Positions 1 to 8,990 of a stretch of 15,017 nucleotides of DNA are shown piece after piece. The translations under genes and the position numbers were made by a program. Location: contig NW_021825569.1 in the NCBI RefSeq assembly GCF_006345805.1, positions 1 through 15,017 on the forward strand, written 5' to 3'. Within the stretch, counting starts at the first letter, position 1. Every line of letters starts with the position of its first letter. Source of the DNA: Octopus sinensis (Eukaryota). Under the pieces are notes generated by a model. That model did not search any database and was not told where the DNA came from. It saw only the letters and a program-made list of their open reading frames with translations.

Positions 1-264
1 GACACGTGATCGAATACTAATCAACTGCTTCATATTTGAAATATTTTGAGGAAGGTCTTATGTAATAGATGCCTATCCTGTTATGTATTATGCAAACCCG
101 AACCATACGCATTAGATTATTATTTAATACGTATGTCACTATTTGGTTTGACATTATTTTTACAACTTAGTCGGTCTTGACTCGCCTTATGCGGATACGC
201 AAACAACGATTCTTATACTGTGCACCGTTTCATCGAGTAACATGAAATCTATCCGTCTATCGTT

Positions 265-270
265 CTATCA

Positions 271-362
<92 letters not shown>

Positions 363-436
363 GTCTGTCTGTCAGTCAGTCTATCTCTCTCTCTCTCTCT
401 CTCTTTCTCTTTATATATATATATATATATATATAT
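265..436. repeat. Compound microsatellite (ATCT)n-(TCTG)n-(CT)n-(TA)n
   Basis: Directly visible; explains ORF 242..442. Confidence 0.97.
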
Positions 437-828
437 CTTTGACTCCACGCCTTATCCAGCAGATAACAAACGTCTGGAATCACGACTAGACATTTACATT
501 CACAACTGCCATAAAATTCCGTTTGTAAACTGCTTCAGTGTAACGTTGAATAGAAAACAATAAAAAAGAAAAAAAGCACTAATACCGTATTGAATAGAGA
601 AACGGGGATGGAAAATTTATAACAAACACATAGAAATGTTTCAGAAATAATGATCTAAACCGAGAAGTGCATATAAGTTTAGGAAGAAATAATACAGACG
701 CATCAGACTATTATTAAATTCAAGAAATAAGGTTATAATTTTCTTGCAGTTTGGGAAATATCTTACATTAATAATAATCTCAGCAGAATGTGAAGTAAAT
801 TTGCCAAAACAAAAAGTAATTTCTGTAG

Positions 829-991
829 GTGGAATACACCACCCAAACGCCGTCACACCCACCCCAAAAAACACCTGTACTCAATTATATTTATAACGAA
901 TACAGAGAGGAAGAGGGTCTCAGTGAAGCTGATAACTATTATAGAATTTCTACTGAGTGCAAGTCTACGAAACTGTCAAGTAAAAGAAAAG
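829..991 (+). CDS. Candidate internal host exon (VEYTTQTPSHPPQKTPVLNYIYNEYREEEGLSEADNYYRISTECKSTKLSSKRK), product unknown
   Basis: Acceptor atttctgtAG (827-828) and strong donor AAG|GTAAGT (992). The frame from 829 is open for 54 codons and closed by stops just outside both splice sites. The frame from 830 is also open. No family recognised. Confidence 0.45.
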
Positions 992-1139
992 GTAAGTAGT
1001 AGGAATGGATGATATTAAACAGTAAAAAAAAAACCTGATAAAAAAGACATTCATCTTTAAGAAAGTTAATAAATGTGACAGGCACAATCAGGATTGAAAT
1101 TAAGAAATAACAAGACGAAAATGGGTTTGAAGAAAATGT

Positions 1140-1191
1140 TTGTTAAGAGATTAAGATATGTTTAAGAGATTGTTAAGAGATTAAGATATGT
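1140..1191. repeat. 30-bp-period tandem duplication (TGTTAAGAGATTAAGATATG x2)
   Basis: Identical 20-mers at 1141-1160 and 1171-1190. Confidence 0.85.
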
Positions 1192-1385
1192 ACCACAGGA
1201 TTGGGCAAAATACGACCATATATATATTTGTGGAGACGAACACCAAGTTCTCCATGTAGATCCGCTTGAAAAATTGTTAATACATATCTCTTAATGGGAA
1301 ACCAATGGTAGCCTTAATACACAAATAAAGGATTTTTATCCCCCAATGCGGTGTTGAGTACTCACTCTCATTGTTTGACGTTTAG

Positions 1386-1535
<150 letters not shown>

Positions 1536-1593
1536 ATAGAATAAAAGTTTTCGAAAAAAATTCTGTCAATACCTTAAAGGTTAAATTTATAAG

Positions 1594-2194
1594 CAACTTA
1601 TAATCAAGGGCAAAAGAAAAAAATTCTAATGCCAAATATGCCGAAAATAGACAAATCGTCAATAACCATATAATTTATCACTATAAGCACGTGTCTCGAA
1701 GCAAGCCGACAGAAATTTCTAAAAAATTCCGTTATTATCGCACCTGTCCCAATTTCAGAGTTAATTCATAAGACTTTTCTCCTCGTCAGCGATAAATACG
1801 GTAAGAAATAACTGAAATACTTACCTATGCGCATGGAAGAAGCAAACACTAAGTCATGAGCACACTTAAGTACCCCAAACATATCCAAAATAGAAATTCT
1901 CCAGCACACCTCGAGACACGTGCGATCGGACTGAAAACTCTCACAGTGTTTGCTTCTTCCATGGGTATAGGCAAGTATTTCAGTTATTTCTACCGTATTT
2001 ATCGCTGCGACGAAAGAAAATTTCTTATGAAACTCTGAAATTGGGACCGATGCGATAATAACGAATTTTTAGAATTCTGTCGGCTTTCTTCGAAACACGT
2101 GCTTATAGTGATAAATTATATGGTTATTGAGGATTGTCTATTTTCAGCATATTTGGCATTAGAATTTTTTTTCTTTTGCCCTTGTTATAAATTG
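1594..2194. mobile_element. About 600-bp fold-back element (arms 1594-1850 and 1945-2194, 94-bp spacer); MITE or inverted Penelope-like pLTR pair
   Basis: Arms are reverse complements at roughly 85-90% identity by eye (e.g. CAATAACCATATAATTTATCACTATAAGCACGTGT / ACACGTGCTTATAGTGATAAATTATATGGTTATTG). No clear TSD. Confidence 0.9.
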
Positions 2195-2242
2195 TATACA
2201 TCTACATATACATATACATATATATATATATAATTATACTAT

Positions 2243-2280
<38 letters not shown>
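2195..2280. repeat. (TA)n microsatellite
   Basis: Directly visible. Confidence 0.95.
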
Positions 2281-2284
<4 letters not shown>

Positions 2285-2446
2285 ACACAAAAGACGAAGA
2301 AAGTGTATTAGTTGACGATCGGGATAAATGAAAATGTCTTACGTTTCGGAATATACGCGCTTCAACAGAAAGGAATAAGAGAAATAAAACAGAGAGAGAA
2401 TGAACAAATGAAACAAACGTAGATTTCAGCGGTCTAACATGGCGAA

Positions 2447-2453
2447 TACATAT

Positions 2454-2486
<33 letters not shown>

Positions 2487-2686
2487 CTATATATATATAT
2501 ATACATACACTATATATATATACATACATTATATTTTAATATATATATATATATTTATATATGTATATATATACATATATATATCTATATATATATATAT
2601 ATATATATATAGTTATATAATATATATATATATATATATTAATCTATATATTATATAATATATGGTGGTGTGTGTGTGTGTGTGTA
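2447..2686. repeat. Degenerate (TA)n followed by (TG)n microsatellite
   Basis: Directly visible. Confidence 0.95.
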
Positions 2687-2861
2687 TGGAAAGAGAAGAG
2701 TTTAAAATGGTTGAGAAGTACAGGACTCAGAACTGAGGCATATGTATTTGGATCTGCAGCACAAAAGACAAAACTTTCTCGTAAAAAACCTGCAAAATCT
2801 ATACGGACAAATAGCGGTACATAGAATACAAAATAATTTGAACAATATATTTGTTTCATCT

Positions 2862-3252
2862 TTCGTGTATTACTTGTTTGTCATTGGACTGCGACCCGGC
2901 CATGCTGGAGCACCACTCTGAACTGTTTTAGTCGAAGGAACGGACTCCAATACTTTTGATTTTTAAGACTTGTACTTACTCTTTCTCTTTTGTCGAACCA
3001 CTGACTTATGAGAACATAAAGAAACGAACACTGGTTATCAAGTGGCTAACAAAGGTATGAACATACACAGACATAGACGTATATAGTTATTTACATATGG
3101 CAGGATTCCACAAAATTTATGTCTGGTAATTTCACTCAGAAGGAACTGGTCGGCCCAGGACTATTGGAGAAGACACTTGCTCTAGTGCTGTACAGGGGGA
3201 CTGAGCTTGAAACCAGGGAGTTACAAAGCAAGTTTCTTAACTACACAATAAT
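2862..3252 (-). mobile_element. Near full-length, diverged tRNA-type SINE (family A): head, CORE-like segment, short internal simple repeat, central domain, CR1-like 3' tail
   Basis: Minus strand reads TGTGTAGTTAAGAAACTTGC...CTCAGTCCC (degenerate A/B-box region), GAGCAAGTGTCTTCT, then GGTTCGACAAAAGAG...TTCGACTAAA...GGTGCTCCAGCATGGCC...CAGTCCAATGAC. The 3' half matches the copies at 4212-4480 and 6463-6732. Confidence 0.7.
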
Positions 3253-3334
3253 TCCCGCGCTTATGTTTAGAAATTGTGAAGAAAAAACCCTTCAAAATGT
3301 TTGTAGCTACCTAAAACAAAATATATATCCTTTT

Positions 3335-3476
3335 CTACTCAAGGCACAATGACCCGAAAATCTGGGGGAACGAGCCAGTCGTAAAATGAAGGTTTTGCGC
3401 AAGAACATAACGCAATGCCCGCCCTTGCGATTCCCGACCACAAGCGCAAAACTCTAATCACTGAGTCTTGTGCCTT
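3335..3476 (-). mobile_element. Short SINE-derived remnant (tRNA-like head joined to a SINE 3' end)
   Basis: Minus strand has A-box-like GACTCAGTGATTAG, CORE-like TGTTCTTGCGCAAAACCTT, then GACTGGCTCGTTCCCCCAGATTTTCGGGTCATTGTGCCTTGAGTAG. Assignment rests on recalled consensus only. Confidence 0.4.
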
Positions 3477-3685
3477 ATATATATTCCAACGACTACTTGT
3501 CGGTGCAATTGAAACACATGTTGGTCTTCAAAGGCTGTATATAATTATGTATATATATATAACTTATATTTTCTCTCCTCGTTTCTTTCTGTGTTCCTTT
3601 CTATGGAAGAACGTAGCATCAAATGAAAGGTTTACTCAATGTTTTTAATAGTTTGCTTTGCTGAATAAGCATGTACATGAACCTG

Positions 3686-3735
3686 TGTGTATGTATGTAT
3701 GTATGTATGTATGTATGTATGTGTGTATGTATGTC
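3686..3735. repeat. (TATG)n microsatellite
   Basis: Directly visible. Confidence 0.95.
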
Positions 3736-4211
3736 TCTGTATTTGAAGAAATCAAACAAAAACAAAAATTAATTTCTCTGAGAAATATGAAGCATTTATG
3801 TCTAATGTATTTACCTACTTTGCAATACTGAGGGAACTAACTTAATATTGATTTTGTTTAATGAAATAAATATCGACTGAGACAACTATAGCAGGAAGTA
3901 ATTTAGAAAAGAGGCGCAAAGAGAGCGCAGAGCAGAAGAGCGTTCGAAAAATGGAAGAATGCAGACGGTCGGAAAGTAATTTAAATAAACTATGCTTAAA
4001 GCTATGTTTCGTCGTCGGTGTTACCTCGTATCCGAGTAGTAGAACTGTAGTCATTGATCGAGTCTCTTCATCTTGATGAGTGGGATGGGTGCCGGGTATG
4101 TTTAAAGCTAATAAATCATTCTAACATTTAATCAATAATAAACTACCAACAATAGTTCTGTGTTATTTATTCATAAAGACAGCAAAATAACATCTTTTAT
4201 CGTGTTTGTTT

Positions 4212-4480
4212 GACTTGTTTCAGCTATTGGAATGCGGTCATGCTGAAGCACCGACTTGAAGAGTTTAGTCGAAGAAATCAACCTCAGCGATTATTTTCTT
4301 TTCAAAGTCTCATAGTCTGGCACTTATCTTACCGTTCTCTTTCGCCGAAATCTTTGTTTAAGGGAACGTAAACGAACTAACACCAGTTGTCAAATGGTGG
4401 ACACACACACAACACCACACACTCACTCACACACACATGCACATACACACGCACATGCACATGCACACGCACAGGCTTCC
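4212..4480 (-). mobile_element. SINE family A, 5'-truncated copy including its internal (TG)n tract
   Basis: Plus strand TTGTTTCAGCTATTGGAATGCGGTCATGCTGAAGCACCG...TTTAGTCGAAG...CGCCGAA...AACACCAGTTGTCAA matches the reverse complement of 6545-6720. Confidence 0.8.
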
Positions 4481-4521
4481 ACATATAATTCCCCCAGAAA
4501 AATCCTTCATAAGTTATAAGT

Positions 4522-4719
4522 TATTCCCGAAAGGATGAAAGGTAAAGTCGACCTCCGCGGAATTTGAACTCAGAGCGCAACAGCGGACGAAATACCTATT
4601 TCTTTACTACCCGCAAGGGGCTAAACACAGAGAGGACAAACAATGACAGACAAACGGATTAAGTCGATTACATCGACCCAAGTGCGTAACTGGTACTTAT
4701 TTAATCGACACCGAAAGGA
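4522..4719 (-). mobile_element. SINE family B unit, circularly permuted (tandem-junction form)
   Basis: B-box-like GAGTTCAAATTCC on minus (4559-4571). CCGAAAGGA occurs at both ends (4527-4535, 4711-4719; 184-bp period). Central domain TCGATTAAATAAGTACCAG...GGGTCGATGTAATCGAC. Confidence 0.7.
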
Positions 4720-5093
4720 GTGTCTCTCCTTACTAACGGTCAGCCATTTTGTATTTTGTATTCCTATTGTATGTGTCTTCATTTGCGCATGCGTATATCT
4801 CTATGTGTGTCTATGTTTGGTTAGTGTGTATGTGGGGGAGTCCCTGTAATATTTGTATCTCATGTTTATAATAATAAGTAGGTGTAAACACATGAACAAA
4901 ATAAAAATAAACAAAAACAAATTACACGAACGTGTATAAACAGGAGATACAAATATTACAGGCACTTCACCCCCTCCCCCCACACACACTAACCAAACAT
5001 AGACACATATAGAGGTATACGCATGCGCAAATGAAGACACATACAATAGGAATACAAAATACAAAATGGCTGACCGTTAGTAAGGAGAGACAC
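4720..5093. mobile_element. 374-bp fold-back element (arms 4720-4870 and 4935-5093, 64-bp spacer)
   Basis: Outer ~78 bp are exact reverse complements by eye (GTGTCTCTCCTTACTAACGGTCAGCC... / ...GGCTGACCGTTAGTAAGGAGAGACAC). It truncates the SINE B unit. No TSD seen. Confidence 0.92.
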
Positions 5094-5117
5094 ACAAATA
5101 AGAAAGAAGAAAGCAAA

Positions 5118-5162
5118 GGACCACTGATGAGGTCACAGAAGTGTGACGAAAGAACTCTGGCC
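5118..5162 (+). ncRNA. Type I minimal hammerhead-ribozyme-like motif
   Basis: GGACCA CTGATGA G GTCACA-gaag-TGTGAC GAAA G-aa-C TC|TGGCC. Full core, 6-bp helix II, helix I CCA/TGG (plus GG/CC), predicted CUC site after 5157. Helix III is only 2 bp. Confidence 0.55.
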
Positions 5163-5337
5163 GAAATAAGATTAAGATTAATGTAAAAAATAAATAACGT
5201 TAAAGCAAATTAACACCAAATTTATAGCGCGTGTGTTTTTATTGGCTTAACTGGCAAAATGGCCATTACCAAATACAACAACATCTGTTTCAACACACGA
5301 TTTCATATCAAGAATCTTGAAAAACAAATATATAAAC

Positions 5338-5358
5338 GTGTATATATATATATATATA

Positions 5359-5419
<61 letters not shown>

Positions 5420-5425
5420 TATTTA
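5338..5425. repeat. (TA)n-(CA)n-(TA)n microsatellite
   Basis: Directly visible. Confidence 0.96.
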
Positions 5426-5579
5426 TATGGGCGTGTGTGTACAAACATGGTTTTATAACAGATTCTCCGTAGTCACAATATTTGGAGGAATTAGTAGAAT
5501 TAAAATTTATCAATTATATGAAAAAATGCTTAAAAACTCATTTATGAAATCGATAACAACTTTAGTGTATGCATTTATA

Positions 5580-5609
5580 TACGAGGTCTGATCAATAAGT
5601 ATCTGAACT
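5580..5609 (+). mobile_element. Solo Tc1/mariner-like terminal inverted repeat
   Basis: TA|CGAGGTCTGATCAATAAGTATCTGAACT resembles mariner ends (TA-CGAGG...TCAAAAAGT). No partner end found in the window. Confidence 0.4.
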
Positions 5610-6142
5610 TTTCCTTTTCCTAGTCCCTTCCTATTTCTTGTATCCCGCTGCCTCTACCTCTCCTCTCCTTCCACGTGACCTTTCTTTCTTGGTTCGACTA
5701 CCATCAGTGAAAAATCTATATTCCTTCCCACGCCTGTCAACTCTTATGTCCCTACCGTAAATGTTCACTTCCATACACGCCAGCTTAATTTAATTCGTCC
5801 TTAGTCGAAAGATACCTGTTGTTAATGTCCTGTTGTTTGCATTTGTATTTGTGTACCATTTCTCCGTTTTTTCTGTCCTTGTTTTCGTATACATTCGCTG
5901 CATTCTTCCAAGGAGTCTAGTGTTCTTAGCTTAGATTTGGAGCAGTCTAGAATATAACCAGCTGAAATTGCAAAGATAATCTGAAACTCGACTGACGAAA
6001 GAAAACTCCGAATGACTCGTCCTTGTTTCTTTTGTCCCTTTTTATATCACCTGTCTGGATAGCTTGGTGTCGCCTGTTCTTGTTCCATTTTTTGCATTCT
6101 TCTTTTTATTTACATATAACGGCGTACGTACACTTTGGTCTC

Positions 6143-6161
6143 TTATATATATATATATTTA

Positions 6162-6235
<74 letters not shown>

Positions 6236-6247
6236 ACAACACACACT

Positions 6248-6286
<39 letters not shown>

Positions 6287-6330
6287 TTATAATATATATA
6301 TAAAGATAGATAATATATATAGATAGATGG
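6143..6330. repeat. Long imperfect (TA)n microsatellite
   Basis: Directly visible; explains three overlapping ORF-track entries. Confidence 0.96.
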
Positions 6331-6349
6331 GTATGAAACATAATTCATT

Positions 6350-6462
6350 CGTGATCAGAGACGTTCGTAAATCGAGGTATTACTGTATTAAATTAATATG
6401 AAGACAGGAGATGAAGCACGATTTACACGTGATCAGAGTTGTTCGAAAACCGAGTTTCTACT
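6350..6462. repeat. Two imperfect 35-bp direct repeats (78-bp period) resembling pogo/Tigger-type right ends
   Basis: CGTGATCAGAGACGTTCGTAAATCGAGGTATTACT(G-TA) at 6350-6384 and CGTGATCAGAGTTGTTCGAAAACCGAGTTTCTACT at 6428-6462. The first reads TA|CAGTAATACCTCGATTTACGAAC on minus. Confidence 0.55.
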
Positions 6463-6732
6463 ATATATATATATATATATTTGTGTGTGTTTGCGTGTGA
6501 TTGTGTGTGTATGTTTGTATGTCAGTGTTGTCTGTGCTTGTCCCCCACCATCTCTTGATTATCGATGTTGGTGTGTTTATGTCCCAGTAACGTAGCGGTT
6601 CGGCAAAAGATACCGATAGAATAAGTACTGGGCTTACAAAGAATAAGTCCTGGGGTTGATTTCTTCAACTAAATGGCGGTGCTCTAGCATGGCCGCAGTC
6701 AAATGACTGAAACAAATAGAAGAATAAAAGAA
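6463..6732 (+). mobile_element. SINE family A, 5'-truncated copy starting in the internal (TA)/(TG) tract
   Basis: GGTTCGGCAAAAGATACCGATAGAATAAGTACT...AAATGGCGGTGCTCTAGCATGGCCGCAGTCAAATGACTGAAAC then an A-rich tail. Matches two other copies in the window. Confidence 0.85.
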
Positions 6733-6789
6733 CATTTTGAGTGTGTGCTTTTACTTCATTATGAGGCACTGCTTTTTGTGTCTGGGGCC

Positions 6790-7400
6790 TTTACTCTGTT
6801 TTGCTTGATTTTGATATTTTACTTTACTCAAAATGCAATAGTAGTCGATGTGTACTATGCTTATTTGTAAGTACTGAGGCTTTAGTTATGCATCTCCGCG
6901 TGTATTTTGATCATTCCTAAAGTACCTATCATTATAAGAATTGTTTCTATTTTTCGGTTTCACATTATCTATATTCCCAAGTCTCATACTTGGATATTTT
7001 ATCCATTTCATGTTGTGATACATAATATGCATGGGGCTGTTATGTCAATCATGTAGCACTTAAATAAATTCTGGGCGATCCTTGACCATAAAATCTGGTC
7101 AATTAGCCTTGGCCTCTGATGGTGTGCATTGTAATATCCTAGAGATTGGTTGCTTTCCTTTCTCAGACAGCTTTTCTTGTACAGGTCTATGCTATCTCGT
7201 TTCTGTTCGTATTTTGTAATACAGGCATAACTTCTAGCTTATGTAGTGCCAACTCTTACATACCTGGGAATGTACACTTTCTTTGCAAAGACTGGGTAAC
7301 CAGCCAATGAACATGTGGTTAGTCGTTCCTTACTCATTACATGTAATGCAGTTATTAATATATTCTTCTTAAATCCCTACTCAAATTGTTATCTATCCTT
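6790..7400 (-). pseudogene. Heavily decayed R4/Dong-type non-LTR 3' fragment D (CCHC plus restriction-like endonuclease)
   Basis: Manual translation across frameshifts gives CITCNE*GTTNHMFIG, PVFAKKVYI, YIS*KLC, AN*PDFMVKD, CYMIDITAP, EMDKISKYE and IMIGTLGMIK, in the expected order. Confidence 0.65.
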
Positions 7401-7442
7401 ATGATGTCCTACACATCTATGCTCCTATGGCTAATAAACTAA

Positions 7443-8011
7443 ATTGTTATTATTGTTATTTATTGTCTTTGCACAGCTTCTAACGCTGGAGATGTACTAC
7501 AGTGACAGCTGTTCACTACCAGTGAGCTAAGGTACCACCCTTTATTTTTCGAGCACCATCTGGAGTATTCGAGCGATTCTAAGCAGTGCTGGTTTCTGCA
7601 AGTGCTCCACCCTTATTCCAGCCCCTATTTGTTCCATGCTCTTCTCAAGATTTTTACACTCTGTTCCCAGGGCTCCGACAATTATTGGTACTACTACCAC
7701 CTTTTTCAGCGACAACAACTGCTTAACGTTCCAAACTAACCTGTCATATCTATCGACTTTTCTTTTTTCCTTGTCATTTAGCATGCTATAACTATGATCC
7801 AGCGTCGTTTGCTTTCTTTCTCAATTAACACTATGTCTGGATTCCTATTCTCTATTTTATGGTCGCACTGAATCACAATATCCCCTTGGATCTTTGCATT
7901 TTTAATTTTTTGGTGATGCTTTCGGGTTTATATTTGTCCCACTTTTTTGCTCTGTCAACTCCATATGTGCAGCAAAGTGTCCAATGGACAATTCTTGCTG
8001 TATTGTCATGA

Positions 8012-8012
<1 letters not shown>
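7443..8012 (-). pseudogene. R4/Dong-type non-LTR 3' fragment A with 3' UTR and (AAT)-like tail
   Basis: HDNTARIVHWTLC, DIVIQCDHKIENRNPDIVLIEK, then ORF 7542..7784 KEKRKVDRYDRL...VVVPIIVGALG...LQKPALLRIARILQMVL; typical RLE C-terminus. Frameshifted. Confidence 0.85.
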
Positions 8013-8051
<39 letters not shown>

Positions 8052-8076
8052 GTTGTTGTTGTTGTTGTTGTTATTA

Positions 8077-8134
<58 letters not shown>
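8013..8134. repeat. (ATT)n/(GTT)n microsatellite
   Basis: Directly visible. Confidence 0.97.
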
Positions 8135-8136
8135 TT

Positions 8137-8308
8137 GATCATCGCTATTCTGTTTGCGGTTGTTCTTTACTTGAAAGCAGGCAATAAGAAATCACCAAAT
8201 GTTTCAAGTAGTCTCCTGTGACTCAGAGACAATACTCTCTTAAACTGCGATCTGTACTCAACAATGCCATCTTATGGATCACTTAGAGCATGACATCAGC
8301 TCCAATAT
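8137..8308 (-). pseudogene. Extreme 3' fragment B of another R4/Dong-type element
   Basis: Minus strand translates IGADVML*VIHKMALLSTDRSLRE, similar to the LQK.ALLGTARILRKVL terminus in fragments A and C. Confidence 0.5.
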
Positions 8309-8325
8309 TTATTATTATTATTATT

Positions 8326-8903
8326 GAGTGAGATAGCAGTGCATGCCATCATAGTGACACTGGGGGAAAAATATACGAAGCTCAGTATATCCATCATGAC
8401 TACCCGTCTGATAAAGGTAAACTAGGCACATGCACATCACAACCATATGTGCGCGACACAGTGATCTCATATCAAGATAAACAGCACATGACCTGGCAGG
8501 TGAGGTCCAGTTAGAATTTTCTTCTGGTCGAGTAGCCCATCCCGCACAAAAGCTCCCTGGATAAAGGATTGTTTAAGGATGTTGAACGAAACACCCAAGT
8601 TTCCAGAGGTGAATTATTCAAACCCCAAAGAATCCCTCTCAACACATGGCTATGATGCTCCTCCACTACTTATGCTCGTGATCATATCGTCAGCCACTAA
8701 GGGACATGCTCAACTGGTTAAGGTCAAACAACTGACAAGCAAATCTGTGGTATTGAGCAGAATATTTGCTGTAGCCCATCTTTTATACCAAGACAAGACA
8801 ATATACATGATAACACTTCCCATCAGTTGAGATCAGAAGCCATGAGAGCCACTGCCTGATACTGCCTCAGGGCATTGTCACTGCCTGGTACTGCATCACG
8901 GCA
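8326..8903 (-). mobile_element. 578-bp non-coding element embedded in (ATT)n; unclassified, probably a non-autonomous retroelement
   Basis: Complex sequence bounded by pure (ATT)n on both sides, with a 29-bp tandem duplication at one end (8850/8879). No protein motif seen. Strand inferred from neighbours. Confidence 0.55.

Positions 8904-8904
<1 letters not shown>

Positions 8905-8990
<86 letters not shown>

Noticed and set aside
176-470. Loose similarity between 176-210 and 437-470 flanking the first microsatellite
   Set aside because: Needs several gaps over about 30 bp; not distinguishable from chance.
750-991. Longer exon using the acceptor at 749
   Set aside because: All three frames contain stops before the donor; possible only as a non-coding or terminal variant.
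2336-2372. Minus-strand CTGTTGA...CCGAAACGT, reminiscent of a Penelope-type hammerhead region
   Set aside because: The invariant A6 is replaced, helix II does not pair and there is no helix I; at most a decayed remnant.
3100-4600. Possible tRNA genes at A/B-box-like sequences
   Set aside because: No cloverleaf can be formed; these are SINE heads.
5987-6025. CTGACGA...CCGAATGACTCGTC hammerhead-like string
   Set aside because: GAAA is broken (GAAT) and helix I does not form; at least three changes would be needed.
7476-7535. Apparent plus-strand exon (TTTGCACAG ... AAG|GTACCA), and a similar acceptor at 9024
   Set aside because: Both lie in antisense 3' UTRs of R4/Dong fragments, where A-rich tails mimic polypyrimidine tracts.
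8579-8830. 83-aa plus-strand ORF in the 578-bp element
   Set aside because: No motif, short, and antisense to the inferred element orientation.
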